Origin: Callorhinchus milii
Taxonomy: Eukaryota
Assembly: GCF_018977255.1 (NCBI RefSeq)
Contig: NW_024704840.1
Coordinates: forward strand, 1 to 64,000
Length of the DNA stretch: 64,000 nt
Reading direction: 5' to 3'
Shown: positions 13,116-25,582 of the stretch, piece after piece
Numbering within the stretch: position 1 is the first letter of the stretch
Layout: every line of letters begins with the position of its first letter
Program-made: the position numbers and the translations under genes
Notes under the pieces: generated by a model
What the model was told of the DNA's origin: nothing
The model's database searches: none
Seen by the model: only the letters and a program-made list of their open reading frames with translations

Positions 13116-13353
13116 CCAGAATGCAAAATATATGAAGATATTTCTGTGAAAATAACATGATCGTATTTAATAATAATGATCGTTGCATTTATTATAGTGC
13201 CAAACCATATCTTCGAAAAGCCTCAAAGCGCTTTGCCGTGAATCGAACCGACGTATCTCGCCTGCTTGCTGATGTCGAGTGCTGTAACCACTGAGCTACA
13301 GGACTCCACATGGCAGTTTTTGTAGGGCGGAGCCGCTGATCTGTGCCACTGTG

Positions 13354-14162
13354 GGGCTCAGTGCACAGTAATAACCCGCGGAGTCTGCAACTCTCACTTG
13401 GGATATACTTAATGGGACGGTTCTACGAATTTCATCCACTTTCGTTGAGAAACGTTCTTTTGCAAAGTCTGCATGTTGCGGTTGACCTCTGCTGTATGTC
13501 CAAAGGATATATTCTGGAGCTTTGTTGGGATAGTGACGGTACCAGAACAGAGAGGGGGTGGTGGTGCTTGTAGCTGTGTAATTACACTGGAGACTAACAT
13601 CCTCTCCTTCATTCACTGTTAAAGCAGATTCGAGCTGTGTCACCGAATCACCTCTACAATATCCTGGGAAACAGACACAATGCAACAACATTCAATACAA
13701 TAATTATAATCAGGCTGATAAAGCTTTCGATTCATATAGCGACTTATCACAGCGTGGAGATGTCCAAGCGCTTCATGTAATTCACATTAAGTGTATTTTC
13801 TGGGCAAAGCACCGCATCGTATGCGCACAGAAGTAACCGCTAACGAGTTCTGGATGGCGAGCCCATTTTATCAAAGGTAATTATTTTTAAGGGATTATCG
13901 CACCACAAAAAGCATCTGCGGATCGACTTATAATCGGAAGCCCACGTACTGACAGGTCAACACCGGCGTGTGTGTGGAGTTAGGATACTTGCCGAAGGTT
14001 TTAACCTGTGCCGCCAGTCGACCGCCAAAGCCCTTCAGCATATTGGATATTGTATGCAATAAAACATAAGCATTGGATTTTATTTGCAGGGACCAGACAT
14101 AACGAGTGGGTTTATCCCTTACCTGATAAGGTAATGATCACTGCTGACACATAGATATACAT
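13354..14162 (-). CDS. TCR alpha/delta V segment V5 (APEY family), apparently functional
   Basis: Leader 14162-14123 MYIYVSAVIITLS+G (the upstream ATG of the paralog is ACG here). Exon 13663-13354 LQC..FWYRHY..YYCALSP. RSS CACAGTG 13353-13347, 23 bp, ACAAAAACT 13323-13315. Confidence 0.95.
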
Positions 14163-15566
14163 TGTCGTAAATGTTTAATGGCAAGTGGCGTTGAGAGAGA
14201 GTTGATGCTGCAAATTGGAGAATGTTTCATGGGAGGCTGTAAGATACCGTGAGGAGAGCCAGACAGGAAACAACATACAGAAGTTGGCATATACAGTGAT
14301 GGAGCAGGTCTGAGGGTTATGTATAAACCTTGTGTCTCTGTCACTTTGCGTCATCCTCTCTGCTCTCCCGTCTCGTTCCTCCATTGGTTCTCATCCATCA
14401 CTGATGTATCTTAGTTCAGCTGAGTGTCTGACACCTGCAGCAAGTTATAACCATATTTAAGTTAATCGAAAACACACACATGGGTTCCACAAATGTTTGC
14501 CATCTGTGGAGTCCTGTAGCTCAATGCTTATTGCTCTTGCCACATAAGCGGGAGATATTGCTTCAATTCACGGCAGGGCGAAATGTTGGCCATCTTTCGT
14601 TACTTCCTAAACACACCTGTTTACCTGGCAGTCAACAGCAACCAGGTTGTTAGTCGATTGTCGGCTTCCTTTCTGCGGATAATATTCTCGTTTCTTATTC
14701 AAAATGCACAGTCAGACTTAACACTGGAAATTACAGTAAACGATAGGAAGCGCAATGAGACACCGCAGAGACGACACAAGGCGCTGTTCAAAACGTTAAG
14801 GTTTGCTATGATACAGACAGTCAAACTAAGTTAGGACGAGGTATTCAGTGGACCTGAGTGTGTGCAGATGCCTCGATATAGAACTAATGTGTGTGCCTCT
14901 GCCCCAGTTAATTGCAAGTGTCCTTCATGACCCTTTCCGCTCTTGTCTTATGGGTTACAGCAGTTTGGGTACAAAACATAAATTTACTCGTCCATGTCAC
15001 AGCTATTGTTTTGTACTGTTTATTTCGCTGAATGCGGCTTTATATTTCAACATTTATTTTTCTACAATGTGTGTCTGGCACACGAGGACAACCATCTTCC
15101 TGATTTTGAGTATCCACGTAAAAACTGTGCCTTATAATCATAAGCTTTCCTATTGATGTTTCGTCCTATCACTTCTTCTAGACGACTCAAAGCGTATCAC
15201 TGTAATAACTTAAACTGCAGTGACTGAGTTTATTACGGCCGATATTGTTTGTTTTGTGGATTCAACGCTTACGTCAATGTGGCACAACGGTGTCACACTG
15301 ACAGTGATATGATCGATAAACGTTTTTTTTGANTTTTTTAAGGAATTGTTGCTCCAGGAAAAGCGATCCGCTAATCGACTAACAGCAAAGTTACTACTTA
15401 CTGCGGGATATACAGAGTCGTGAGGAGTAAGGAAGCTTTCCCAACGTTTTGTCCTGCAGGGAATTGAACCCATTTACTTCGCTTGCGAGGCGAATGCTCT
15501 GAACATTGAGCTGCGATAAACCCAACATGTTTTTGTAGAGGTCGCCCATAGACACGTAGCACTGTG

Positions 15567-16024
15567 CTGTCCGCACAGAAGTAAGTGGCGGTGTCTGTCA
15601 GTCGCACGTTTTTGATTGTTAGTGTGCAGTTTTTTTCTTTTGTATTGGTCAAAGCTCTTATCCTATCCTTCACATTTATTTCCCTCTTTCCCAAAACCAA
15701 GAAGCGAATGGAGCCGTTTCCATACTGTTTGTACCATTGAAACGTTGGGTTGTATCCTGTGGTGTTGCACTCCATAGAGACGTTTCCATTATCATTCCCT
15801 GTCACGGCCTGAGGTGACTGTGAAACATCACTTTCAGCCAATACACCTGGAAAGATAATATAAATGAACATACTCGCAAAGGAATTAGGATAGTGTCTGG
15901 CGCGATAAACTGTAATTATTTAGCAGCCAAAAAGAATTTGTTGATCCAAATTCATGCACTACTTACACAACAGCTTTATTGTTAAATTCAAAATAATATA
16001 CGTTGCGCTGAAAATCTGCTTCAT
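15567..16024 (-). CDS. TCR alpha/delta V segment V6 (GNGSIR family), apparently functional
   Basis: Leader 16024-15967 MKQIFSATYIILNLTIKLL+T|gtaagt. Exon 15846-15567 MEC..QWYKQ..YFCADS. RSS CACAGTG 15566-15560, 23 bp, ACAAAAACA 15536-15528. Confidence 0.95.
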
Positions 16025-16683
16025 TCTCAACTCTCTTCGATTCACGTCAATATATCCGGATGAATTGCAACCAGAAATCATCTAAAGTCAGTACCTGGTG
16101 GATAAAACGTTTGTTCACTTGAGACGTTGTCTCTTATCCCCGCGTCATTACTCTGTCTCTGTTCATTGCTGGAGATGTATTGCGACTCCTCCTATCTTTT
16201 ATGTTCAGATTCCCTCCGCCTCGCAGTGGAAAACCATAGTAATGTGTGAGGAACCGAGTTACAAAGACTGAAGCAGATAAAGGTAAAAATAACAATAACC
16301 CATATAACGCCTTATCACGTCATTGAGACGTCTCAAAGCGCTTCGTGGAGTATACTGTCAAGGTAATTGACTGCATAAGTTGTGGGACAGTGCGGCAGAT
16401 AATTACGCACATACGTCGCCCACAAATATTTGTGGCTTGAATGACTTATTTAGCACTTTTTTAAGGAAATGTTACCAGTGAAATCTATCAGCCATCTGAG
16501 TAGCAACCGGGTGACTATTTACTCCAAACCGTGTGGAGTAAGGATAAGTGCCAAAAAAAATTGCCCCAATAAGAATCGAACCAATGTCTCTTTCTTCCGA
16601 GGCGAGTGCTCTAACCATTGAGCTATACGTCCAGATGTCCTGAGGAATGAGCCCAGATCTTGATAATAATAATATTTATTAGA

Positions 16684-16909
16684 CAGAGCCTAACAATAAT
16701 GCCTCCAAATCCAAAAACAATAATAAATTGGTCATTTCCAATCCATCACTGTGTGTGGGACATTGCTGTGCGCAATTGGCTGCCGCGTTCGCCCACAAAT
16801 ATACAGTCAATTCAATTTACAGTATATTCTGTGAAGCGCTTTGGGACGTCCTCCCAAAGTGAAAAGAGCTATATCAAATGCAAGGATTATTATTATTATT
16901 ATTATTATT
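16684..16909 (+). mobile_element. 5'-truncated young SINE copy (another at ~23520-23720)
   Basis: Starts at CAGAGCCTAA, lacks the tRNA head and ends in (ATT)n, consistent with truncated target-primed reverse transcription. Confidence 0.8.
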
Positions 16910-18054
16910 GTTAGCTTGGCTAATTGCAAGAATGGTGCATCAGCAACTTTGTGATTAAATCAATGAGATCAATAGGTTCCCATGTTTCCGTAGAAAACAA
17001 GCTTAGGATAGTTTAGGATATAAGGAAGAGGTTTTCCATTAATCATAGGAGCAGAGCAATCAACGATTCCTGATGCACTCTTACATTTTGTGAACTGATC
17101 GCCTACACGTTGTAATAAACTGTGATGCCGACACTCTATATTTCGAGTACATTTGTCTTTCTGAATGGAAAGTATAAACCGAGGCAACGGACGAGGTTGA
17201 CAAGCTTCTGAGTACGATTGAATTGCACGATAATGCGTTGTTGAACCACTCATCACAACCTTTTCAGCCTGTGGTGTCTCCACAAAATATCAGCGACACC
17301 CAGTGGTTAAATACCTCACTATAATTGTTACACTTAACCCAAATTAACAATGATGATTACAGTAATGATTGCCTTTGATAAAGCGCCTTACAGTGCCATT
17401 GGGACGACAGAAAGCGTTTCGCAGAATTTAATGTGCAGCGTTATGATGTACAGAGATTACTGGAGGCGAAGCGGGTCGTCTACTGCACACGAGTATTCAT
17501 ATTTTCAAGGACCAACTTGTGNTTTTTTTAAGGGGTTAATAATTCTGGAAAAGCGATCAGCGAAGAGACTATCAAACGTATTCCTGCTTCTGCGAGAAAG
17601 ACAGAGGCAAAATAAAAATAATGTTATATTATATTATGTGTAGCAACGATATTGTGATTGTGACAGTTGAAACGTGGCAATCTATTGCACACAAAGAGTA
17701 AACGATTGAATTCCCAAACTGTTGTTTTAATTTTTAAGGAATTGTTACTGCTGGAAATGCGATAAGCTAACGGAATGACAAACGTGTTCCTACAACTGAT
17801 AGGAAGGCAGAGGTAAGTGTGTGGAGCCAAGAAATTTGCCCAATGTTTTGTCCCACCCGGGAATCAAACCCCGGTCTTCACGTTTGCGAACTGAATTAGC
17901 TAACGTCAAACCAATATAACACAGGACTCTGTAAGTAAACAGACATAAATGCTGTTTAAATTTTACATGATGCAATGGTTCCCCCTCGCGGTTCAGCAGT
18001 AAATGAACCGTTTGCAGTTTTTGTACGGAGCCGCCATAGCTCGGCAGCAGTGTG

Positions 18055-18358
18055 GGCTCTTTGGCGCAGTAATACACGGCACTGTCCCCGATCAGGACGG
18101 TGACAATACTCAGTTCGAAATCTTCATGCGATTCATTGACGGTGGAGGAGAATCGATGTGGGAAGACAGTGCTCATATAATCCTTCCCTGAAATTGAGTA
18201 AAGTATGTAGACAGGAGCGATTCTGGAAGCTTGTCGGTACCAGTAAAGATAGTTGGCATCACTGATTTTCTTTAAGGTGCAGGATAATTTCACATCCTTT
18301 CCCTCTTCAACTGGTATTTCAGCAATCGTTTGATTCCCAATGTCTTGCAGGCTGTTTT
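18055..18358 (-). CDS. TCR alpha/delta V exon V7 (singleton family), intact exon and RSS, no leader exon found
   Basis: Acceptor tttaaatcacAG at 18360-18359. Exon reads SLQDIGNQTIAEIPVEEGKDVKLSC..LYWYRQ..YYCAKEP. RSS CACACTG 18054-18048, 23 bp, ACAAAAACT 18024-18016. A SINE lies directly upstream and no leader was recognised. Confidence 0.88.
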
Positions 18359-18904
18359 CTGTGATTTAAAAGAAAATACTGGTGAGCAGCAAGATTGTCT
18401 TCTGTGGATTCCTGCAGTGTAGTGTTGAGAGCAATCGCCTCACAAGCAAGTGGATCTGGCTTTTATAGCAGGGCAGAGCGAAAGCTTAGGCAACTTTACT
18501 TGCTCCATATGCCCCTGTTTACCGAGCAGTAAATAGAAACAAGTTTGCTATTCGATTGGCATCTCTCTTTACCAGCGGTAATTAGCCCTTCAATGATATA
18601 TCAATAATAAAATAGATAATAATTTGGACACTCAATCGATGAGACTATTTGATCAAAACTGCTGCTGACAATCGTCTCGAATATATGGAAAGGCGCAACA
18701 TCTAATCAAAGGATTATTAATGGTATATTGTTGTAAAAGGTATAACAAGATGTTAAGAAAAAAAGATACAAATAAGATACTAACGGCAAAGTAAGCTGAG
18801 AGAGATGGCGAGCACAGCACATGTCTTCCACATGAGCACCTGATCAAGTGTCTGACATTAACTCCCCAATGTGGACTGATGGGGCTTTTGGGCTCAGTAG
18901 CCAC

Positions 18905-19085
18905 ACAGTTACAGCCCCGCCCACACAGAGCCCCGCCCACACAGCCACTGCCACGCCCACAAAGCTACGTCACTCAGTCACTGCCACGCCCACACAGAGC
19001 CCCGCCCACACAGCCACTGCCACGCCCCCAGAGCTGCGTCACTCAGTCTCTGCCACGCCCGCACTGAACCGCGTCGCCCAATCAG
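18905..19085. repeat. Paralogous 69-bp minisatellite, ~2.5 units
   Basis: Period 69 (18965, 19034), same unit as 7400-7700. Confidence 0.85.
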
Positions 19086-20219
19086 TTCCGTTGCATTAGA
19101 AAGCCCCGCCCCCTCCCCTCCCCTCACAGAAACACACACAGTGCCACACAATCAGGTCACTCAATCCACAATATTGTGTGGGTCGCTGTTTTACACAGTT
19201 GGCTACCACGTTTGGCCCACACAAGACAATCTAACGCCCCACACCTAACCTAACCCTAAACCCCCCCTTTCACCCCACCTTCCACACTCTTCCAATCACA
19301 CAGCGCCGAAAACTCTGGCAACTCAAACCGCAGCTTTTTGTGGGACACTACTCTACAAAATTGGCATCAAAAAATATATTCACTACGCTTTTCAGCGTAT
19401 TCTGTGAAGAGCTCTGAGACGTCTCAATGACGTATTGTTGCAGTATATCAAATGCAACTTTTGCTTTTATTATCGTTATGATTACAATGTTGAATAAGAT
19501 ATGCCCTTACTAATGTTTTTAGTATTCGGGTTTCAGAAATGCTTTTATCAAATACAACCTTGTCATTTACTCGACACGCCTCAAACCTCCTCAAACAATT
19601 TGTATGCAACACTTTCCTTCGAACAGCTATGAATGAAAGATGAATTTAACCGATGGAAAGTCTGTCCAGACACAGGTTGAAAACGTTCTGGAGCATTGCA
19701 ATGGCATCACTATAGTCTCTTCATGCAAGCGGCCTGGACGTGGGTTTAATATCACCTCGGAAGGACAAGCTTCACCAACAATACTGACAGCCAGGCCTGC
19801 TCTAGAGTGTCAGACCACAACAGCAGAACCTAATCCAATCTGTATTTCACAGTGAGCAGTTTGGTCGCTTTTGAATGTTTCAGTTGCGGGATGAGATATC
19901 AATGATTTTTTAAAATTATATCGTAATAAACGTATTAAATAGCTTAATGTTCACGTTTAATGCAGTTGCCTGATCAAACTGTGAGGAGCAGATTTTTTTT
20001 CACACTGTCAGTGGTTCTGATCTTGAATGCATTGCCTGAAAGTGTGGCAGAAGCCGATACTGTAACAAATGTCAACAGAGAATTGCTATACCGCGGAGAA
20101 AACAATTTAAGAGCGGCTGCTAATCGAGAATAAAGGCAATAATATAAAATAGGTGAGATAGAAATTGTTTCATGAGCAACCTAGGCCTTATGTTAAAACT
20201 TCAGGCAAATATTTGTAAA

Positions 20220-20420
20220 TTTCTGTTGAAGCAGCAATAGTGTGTATGAGTGAAATATGTCAACTGCAACAGGAAGCACCTGTTACTGCTGCAAAGGAAG
20301 GTAGTTACACAAAGGCGCGTGACGTGTTATGTGAGTTGCAGCTCATGTTACATGTGTTTTTATTTAGTGCGCCATCTGCTGGTGGATTATAGCTACAACA
20401 CGTACACAATTGGAGAGGTT
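20220..20420 (-). promoter_or_regulatory. Conserved intergenic module copy D with a perfect CTCF core
   Basis: ACAGGAAGCACCTG 20269-20282; reverse-complement CCACCAGCAGATGGCGC 20369-20385 fits CCASYAGRKGGCRS exactly. Confidence 0.65.
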
Positions 20421-21841
20421 TCACAGCATAATTATTTTGGGCCCGTCTTGCCTTTCCTTGGTGCTATCTTCTCCACAGGAAGTTTGTGCATTAGTCAAGT
20501 TTCCCTGCTCGCTACCCTTATTTTCTATTCCTCTCTGGAACATTCGGATATTCGGTGTCATTCACATTCTTTTACATTGACGTGTCTCTGTGCTGACACT
20601 TGCTGTGCAACTTGCTCCTCCATTTCTATTGAATTCCTTGTCTTATTATTTCATCGATTATATCATTTGACTGAACAGTTAGCTGACTTGGAGCATTTTG
20701 CACCAGAGTGACAACATATTGACATTTATTCAAGTCGGTTCACGTGAGGGAGACGTCGCAATGCAAATGTGCTCACTAGACTTTAAATTAAATTTAATTT
20801 TCATTCTTCTTTAACTTCTATACACTAAAATGTTTCGTTTCCTTAGTGACTCGCCAAGACGCTCCCTTACGTGGAAAGCGCTACATAGGAACAGTAGCAG
20901 ACCATCAGGTCCTTCAGCTTGTTCCAACGTTATATTACATCATGGCTGATTTATCTCTCAACACATTCCAACCTTTTCTCCGTATTCCTTGAAATTCTGA
21001 GCTAAAATAAATATATCCAACTCAGTTTGGAAAATATGAATGGAACCAGCCTCTCCAGATGCTTTGTGGAAGTTTTCCAGATTTCCTTAAAATTTTCGTA
21101 ATTATTTCCTGCCAATTTTCTGCTAACTGGACTGGCTCCGATGCACCCTTATTCTGCATGGCCCCAACCACCAGAAGAACACAGTTTCTCTATAGATAGA
21201 GGAAGTAGTTTTTGTGTAAGCAATATAAACGGAAATTGTTTGTTTTACTTACTGATGCAGCATAGTAAGAATTTTGCACATGGCAGCGCTCCCCAGAATG
21301 CAAGACATTTTTAATTATTACTGGATTGATAACATGACTACAGTTAATAACAAGAATAATACTAGTTGCATTTGATACAGCGCCATATCACATCTTCGAG
21401 ACGCCATTACAGTGCTTCTTCAATATACAGTAATCGATTTGACTGCATATTGTGAGGGCCAAGCACGGCAGCAAATTGTAAATATCGGTGTCCAATTGGA
21501 TGAAGTGACCAATTTACTTTTACCACGATAATTCTTAAGGAATTGTTCACTCTGGAAAATCGATCCGCCAATCGACTGACAATCTGCTTCCTACTTTCTG
21601 ATGGTAAACAGAGACGGGAAGGTGGAATAAGGAAGGTTGCACCATGATCAGTTCTCTTGGCAATTGAACCCACGTCTGTCGATTGTGAGGCAAGTGCTAT
21701 AAACACAGAGCTGCACCAATCTCCCTGTTTTAATTGCATATGTATTTCAGTCTGTTTAAAGCACATGTTAAATGTGTGAGAGCAAGATATTATTGTCTGC
21801 TGAGTTGTTGTACGGGGAATCTGCCTTCCTGTAGCAGTGTG

Positions 21842-22655
21842 GGGTTTAGGGCACAGTGATACACAGCGCTGTCACCCATAACAGCCCCGAATATCTGCAT
21901 CTTAATTACTTTATTCTCCTTGATCAGCTCGGCTGTGAAACGTTCCGGTAGATCAGGAGTTTTGTCTATCTTTCCAGAGCCATATATCCTGAACAAGTAC
22001 TGAAGGTTTCCATCGGGATATTGCCTAAACCAGAAGGCTGTGTCCAATGTTGAAATATTACATTTTAGTGTCACGTCTTTTCCTTCTAAATCTGTTACCT
22101 CCGGAGGATATTGGGATACAACATCTTGTCCGCCGACTTCTGCAAGAACAGCAAAAACAACACATTTTGCTGAGCAAATTTAAGTGATATTTCAATTCGT
22201 TGTACTGATAATAATTACTCTCTTTATATAGCGCCTTATCACACAGTTTATGTCTCAAAGAGCCCAGAGAATACATTGTAAACCGAATTGACTATATATT
22301 TTAGACGAAACTGAACAGCTAAGTAAACACAGCATTGTCCAACAACATTAACAACAGACCATAGATTGAATGATCTGATTACAGTTAATTGATTTTTTTT
22401 TAATGGGTTGTTACCCTCGGATAGCGATTCGCTAATCGACGAACAATCGGTTTCCCAATAAAAAGAGAAGCGTGAAACTTATTAAAAGTTTCGATTGCCC
22501 GAGAAACGAACACAGGTCCGTTCGCTTGCAAGCCGATTGCTCTAAATATTAAGCAACTGATATTTTATAGTGTACAAATCATGCGCTGGGCATGTCCACA
22601 CATACTTACTGGCTATGGTGAGGATTGCTATCAGTAACTGGAAGAGAGCTGTCAT
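21842..22655 (-). CDS. TCR alpha/delta V segment V8 (YPDGNL family), apparently functional
   Basis: Leader 22655-22610 MTALFQLLIAILTIA+A|gtaagt. Exon 22139-21842 LKC..FWFRQ..YHCALNP. RSS CACACTG 21841-21835, 23 bp, ACAACAACT 21811-21803. Confidence 0.93.
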
Positions 22656-23904
22656 GTTGGCTGCTGACGTGTGGACCGATAATGGACTCAATTGCTTTGT
22701 ATATCGCTGTGTCGCTGCTTCAGTGACAAGTTGTGAGGAAGCGGCTGATGTGACGGGTTCAGTGGTTTATTGTCTCCAATTGTAGGCATTTCCCACTAAC
22801 CAGAGAATATTGAACTTGATCTGCTGGCGATTGGGAGCCATTGGGTCTGGGCTTGGATGGGAACGTTGACGAACGTTTCAACCACTAACAACTACCTTTA
22901 TAGTGTAGTATGTGAAACGCTTTGTGATATCTCCAAGACGTGATCCAGCACGACATCAAATGAAAACCTTATTTTTATTTTAAATGTTGTTATAATGAAT
23001 GCATTTATTTGATGAATAAATGACCCATACAACCTCATCTCAAGTGTCAAGTTCCTTCTTCAAGGCTTAGGTGACAACCTTCATCTGTTGTTGTTACTTT
23101 CTCCTGTGAGGATCTTCAAATTGATCTGCCGCGGATTGGAAGCCAATGGATCTGGGCTAGGGTGTGAGTAGTCGCGTTTCACCCGTTCACAATTTTCTTT
23201 AATGTATACGCTGTGAAGCATTGTCACACGGCCCCATGACACGATAAGGCGCTATATCAAACGTAAAGCTGCTTATTATTATCTTAATTTTTATAAACGC
23301 ATTCATTTGATTTATTTTGAACCATGCAGCCTAGCTTAAGAAAATAACGTTTTATTTTCTATCATTAAGGCTGAAGAGATAATCTCTCTCTGTTACTCGT
23401 AATTTCACTTGTGATTCTGAATGTTCTTGGTTCTGGACCCAGTTCTGCAGTTTGAGCTCACATTATATCCAAGACAATTCTTCAGTTATTCCATTAAGTT
23501 TAAATAGGTCAGTTTTAACACCTCCAAAACCAAAAACGATAATAAGTTGGTCATTTTCAATCTACGACTGTTTGTGGGACATTGCTGTGCGCAATTGGCT
23601 GCCGCGCTCGCACACAAATATACAGTCAATTCACTTTACAGTGTGTTCTGTGAAGCGCTTTGGGGCGTCCTCCCGACGTGAAAAGTGCTATATCAAATGC
23701 AAAGTTTATTATTATTATATTATTTTTCCAATTAAACCAATATAAATGACGATATTGCTCATAACAAAATGTACTACCTTTGTTACCGTCGTGAGATCCA
23801 CATAAAGGTGGCTGCCTTTTTTTGGGGACCGATAGTAAACATAAAAATTTACACAAATAATGTTTCTTGCACCAGCTAAGTTTTGTGATAATCATGTTTT
23901 TTAA

Positions 23905-24085
23905 ATGTCAGCTGAAGCAGCAACAGTGTATATTAGTGAACTATGTAACAGGAAGCACCTGTTATTGCTGCCAATGAAGGTACTTACAGAAAGGAACATG
24001 ACAAGTTATGTCAGTCGCTGCTCATGTTATGTGTGTTTTTAGTGCTGGTGGATTGCAGCTACAGCACATGTACGTTTGGAGACAG
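23905..24085 (-). promoter_or_regulatory. Conserved intergenic module copy E (CTCF-like core partly deleted)
   Basis: ACAGGAAGCACCTG 23948-23961; AGTGCTGGTGG at 24041-24051 lacks the GCCATCT part of the core. Confidence 0.45.
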
Positions 24086-24461
24086 TTGATAGCGAATTGA
24101 TTTCGGCCCGTCATAACTTTCCCGTTATGAGTGTCGCTACGGAAATGCAAGTTAATATTTCTTATTTATTCCTACTTATTCAAATATCAGAGGAAGACAA
24201 TTCCGTGTGCAGTTCTCCGCAGAATGCAAAATATATGAAGTTATTTATGTGAAAGTAACATGATCCTATTTAACAATAACAATGGTTGCATTTATTATAG
24301 TGCCAAATCACATCTTCGAAACGCCTCAAAACGCTTTGCCGTGAATCAAACACATATATCTCGATTGGTTGCTACTTTCGAGGGGAGTGCTGTAACTGCT
24401 GAGCTACAGGACTCCACATGGCAGTTTTTGTAGGGCGGAATCGCTGATCTGTGCCTCTGTG

Positions 24462-25582
24462 GGGCTCAGTGCACAGTAATACCCCGCGGAGTCTGTCACT
24501 CTCACTTGGGATATATTTATTGGGGCGGTTCTCTCCGCTTTAGACACAATCGTTGAGAAACGTTCTTTTGCGAAGTCGGCGTAGTCCGGGAACTTGTTGC
24601 TGGTGTCTGTTCTGAGGATATACTCTGGAGCTTTGTTGGGATAGTGTCGGTACCAGAAGAGATAGGGAGTGTTGATGCTCGTTGTTGTGTAATTACACTG
24701 CAGATAAACATCATCCCCTTCATTCGTTATCACAGTAGATTGGCGCTGCGTCACAGAATCTCCTCCACAATGTCCTGCGAAGTACACAGATATCAGAGTT
24801 CAACAGCAATAATAATAAAAATAATAATTGGATTTGACATAACCGCTTATCACTTGGTTGAGACATCTGCAAATGCTTCACAGAATATACATCTGCTTTG
24901 TAGTTTGTGGGCGATACGTGGCAGTTAATTGCGCACAACATTCTCCCCAAAATAGCTATGGAATAAATTTCAGCATTCTTAATGTTATTATCAGTATATG
25001 TTTTTCTAAAGGGTGATTTGCCATCGAAATTTGATCCAAGAATCGCTTAGTAAACAGGTACCAACTGACTGCAAGGTAAACAGTGGTGTGTATTTGTGGT
25101 GTATGGAAAACCTCATAAGTTTACGCCCAGTCTCTCCCGAGAATCGGGACCCAGATCCTTTCGCTTGTGAGGGCAGTTCGCTATCCTTTGAGCCAGATGT
25201 CTCCATGAGGCATGGACCGTATTGGCTTTTTAAGCAATGAACAGAAGAACATAGGAACACAGAAATTAGGAGCAGGAATAGGCCTCCCGGTCCCTTGAGC
25301 CTTCCTCGCCATTCAATAATATCATGGCTCATCTTCTAACCTAACTCCATCTGTTCGCCTTATCCCTATGTGCCTTAATCCCTCCATCCTTTAGAAATCT
25401 ATCAATCTCAGTCTTGAACCTGTACATGGACTGAGCATCTACAGCCTTCTGCTGCAGAGAATTTAATAAATTCCATAAATAAAACATGAGCATCAGATAA
25501 TATGTATAGGATCCAGACTGGTAGAGTGAGTTTATCGCTTACCTGATAAGGCAATGATGGCTGCTACCACACAGGTATACAT
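24462..25582 (-). CDS. TCR alpha/delta V segment V9 (APEY family), apparently functional
   Basis: Leader 25582-25543 MYTCVVAAIIALS+G|gtaagc. Exon 24774-24462 LQC..FWYRHY..YYCALSP. RSS CACAGAG 24461-24455, 23 bp, ACAAAAACT 24431-24423. Confidence 0.95.
25240..25480 (-). mobile_element. CR1-type LINE 3' end inserted in the V9 leader intron
   Basis: AGAACATAGGAAC..AGGAGCAGGAATAGGCC..CCCTTGAGCC..CCATTCAATAATATCATGGCT. Confidence 0.8.

Noticed and set aside
12751-13160. Recurrent ORFs MGKFPYSTQSLIIIPPK.. and MTNLLLFLVLEGLLLG..
   Set aside because: Chance frames within the young SINE; they recur wherever the SINE does.
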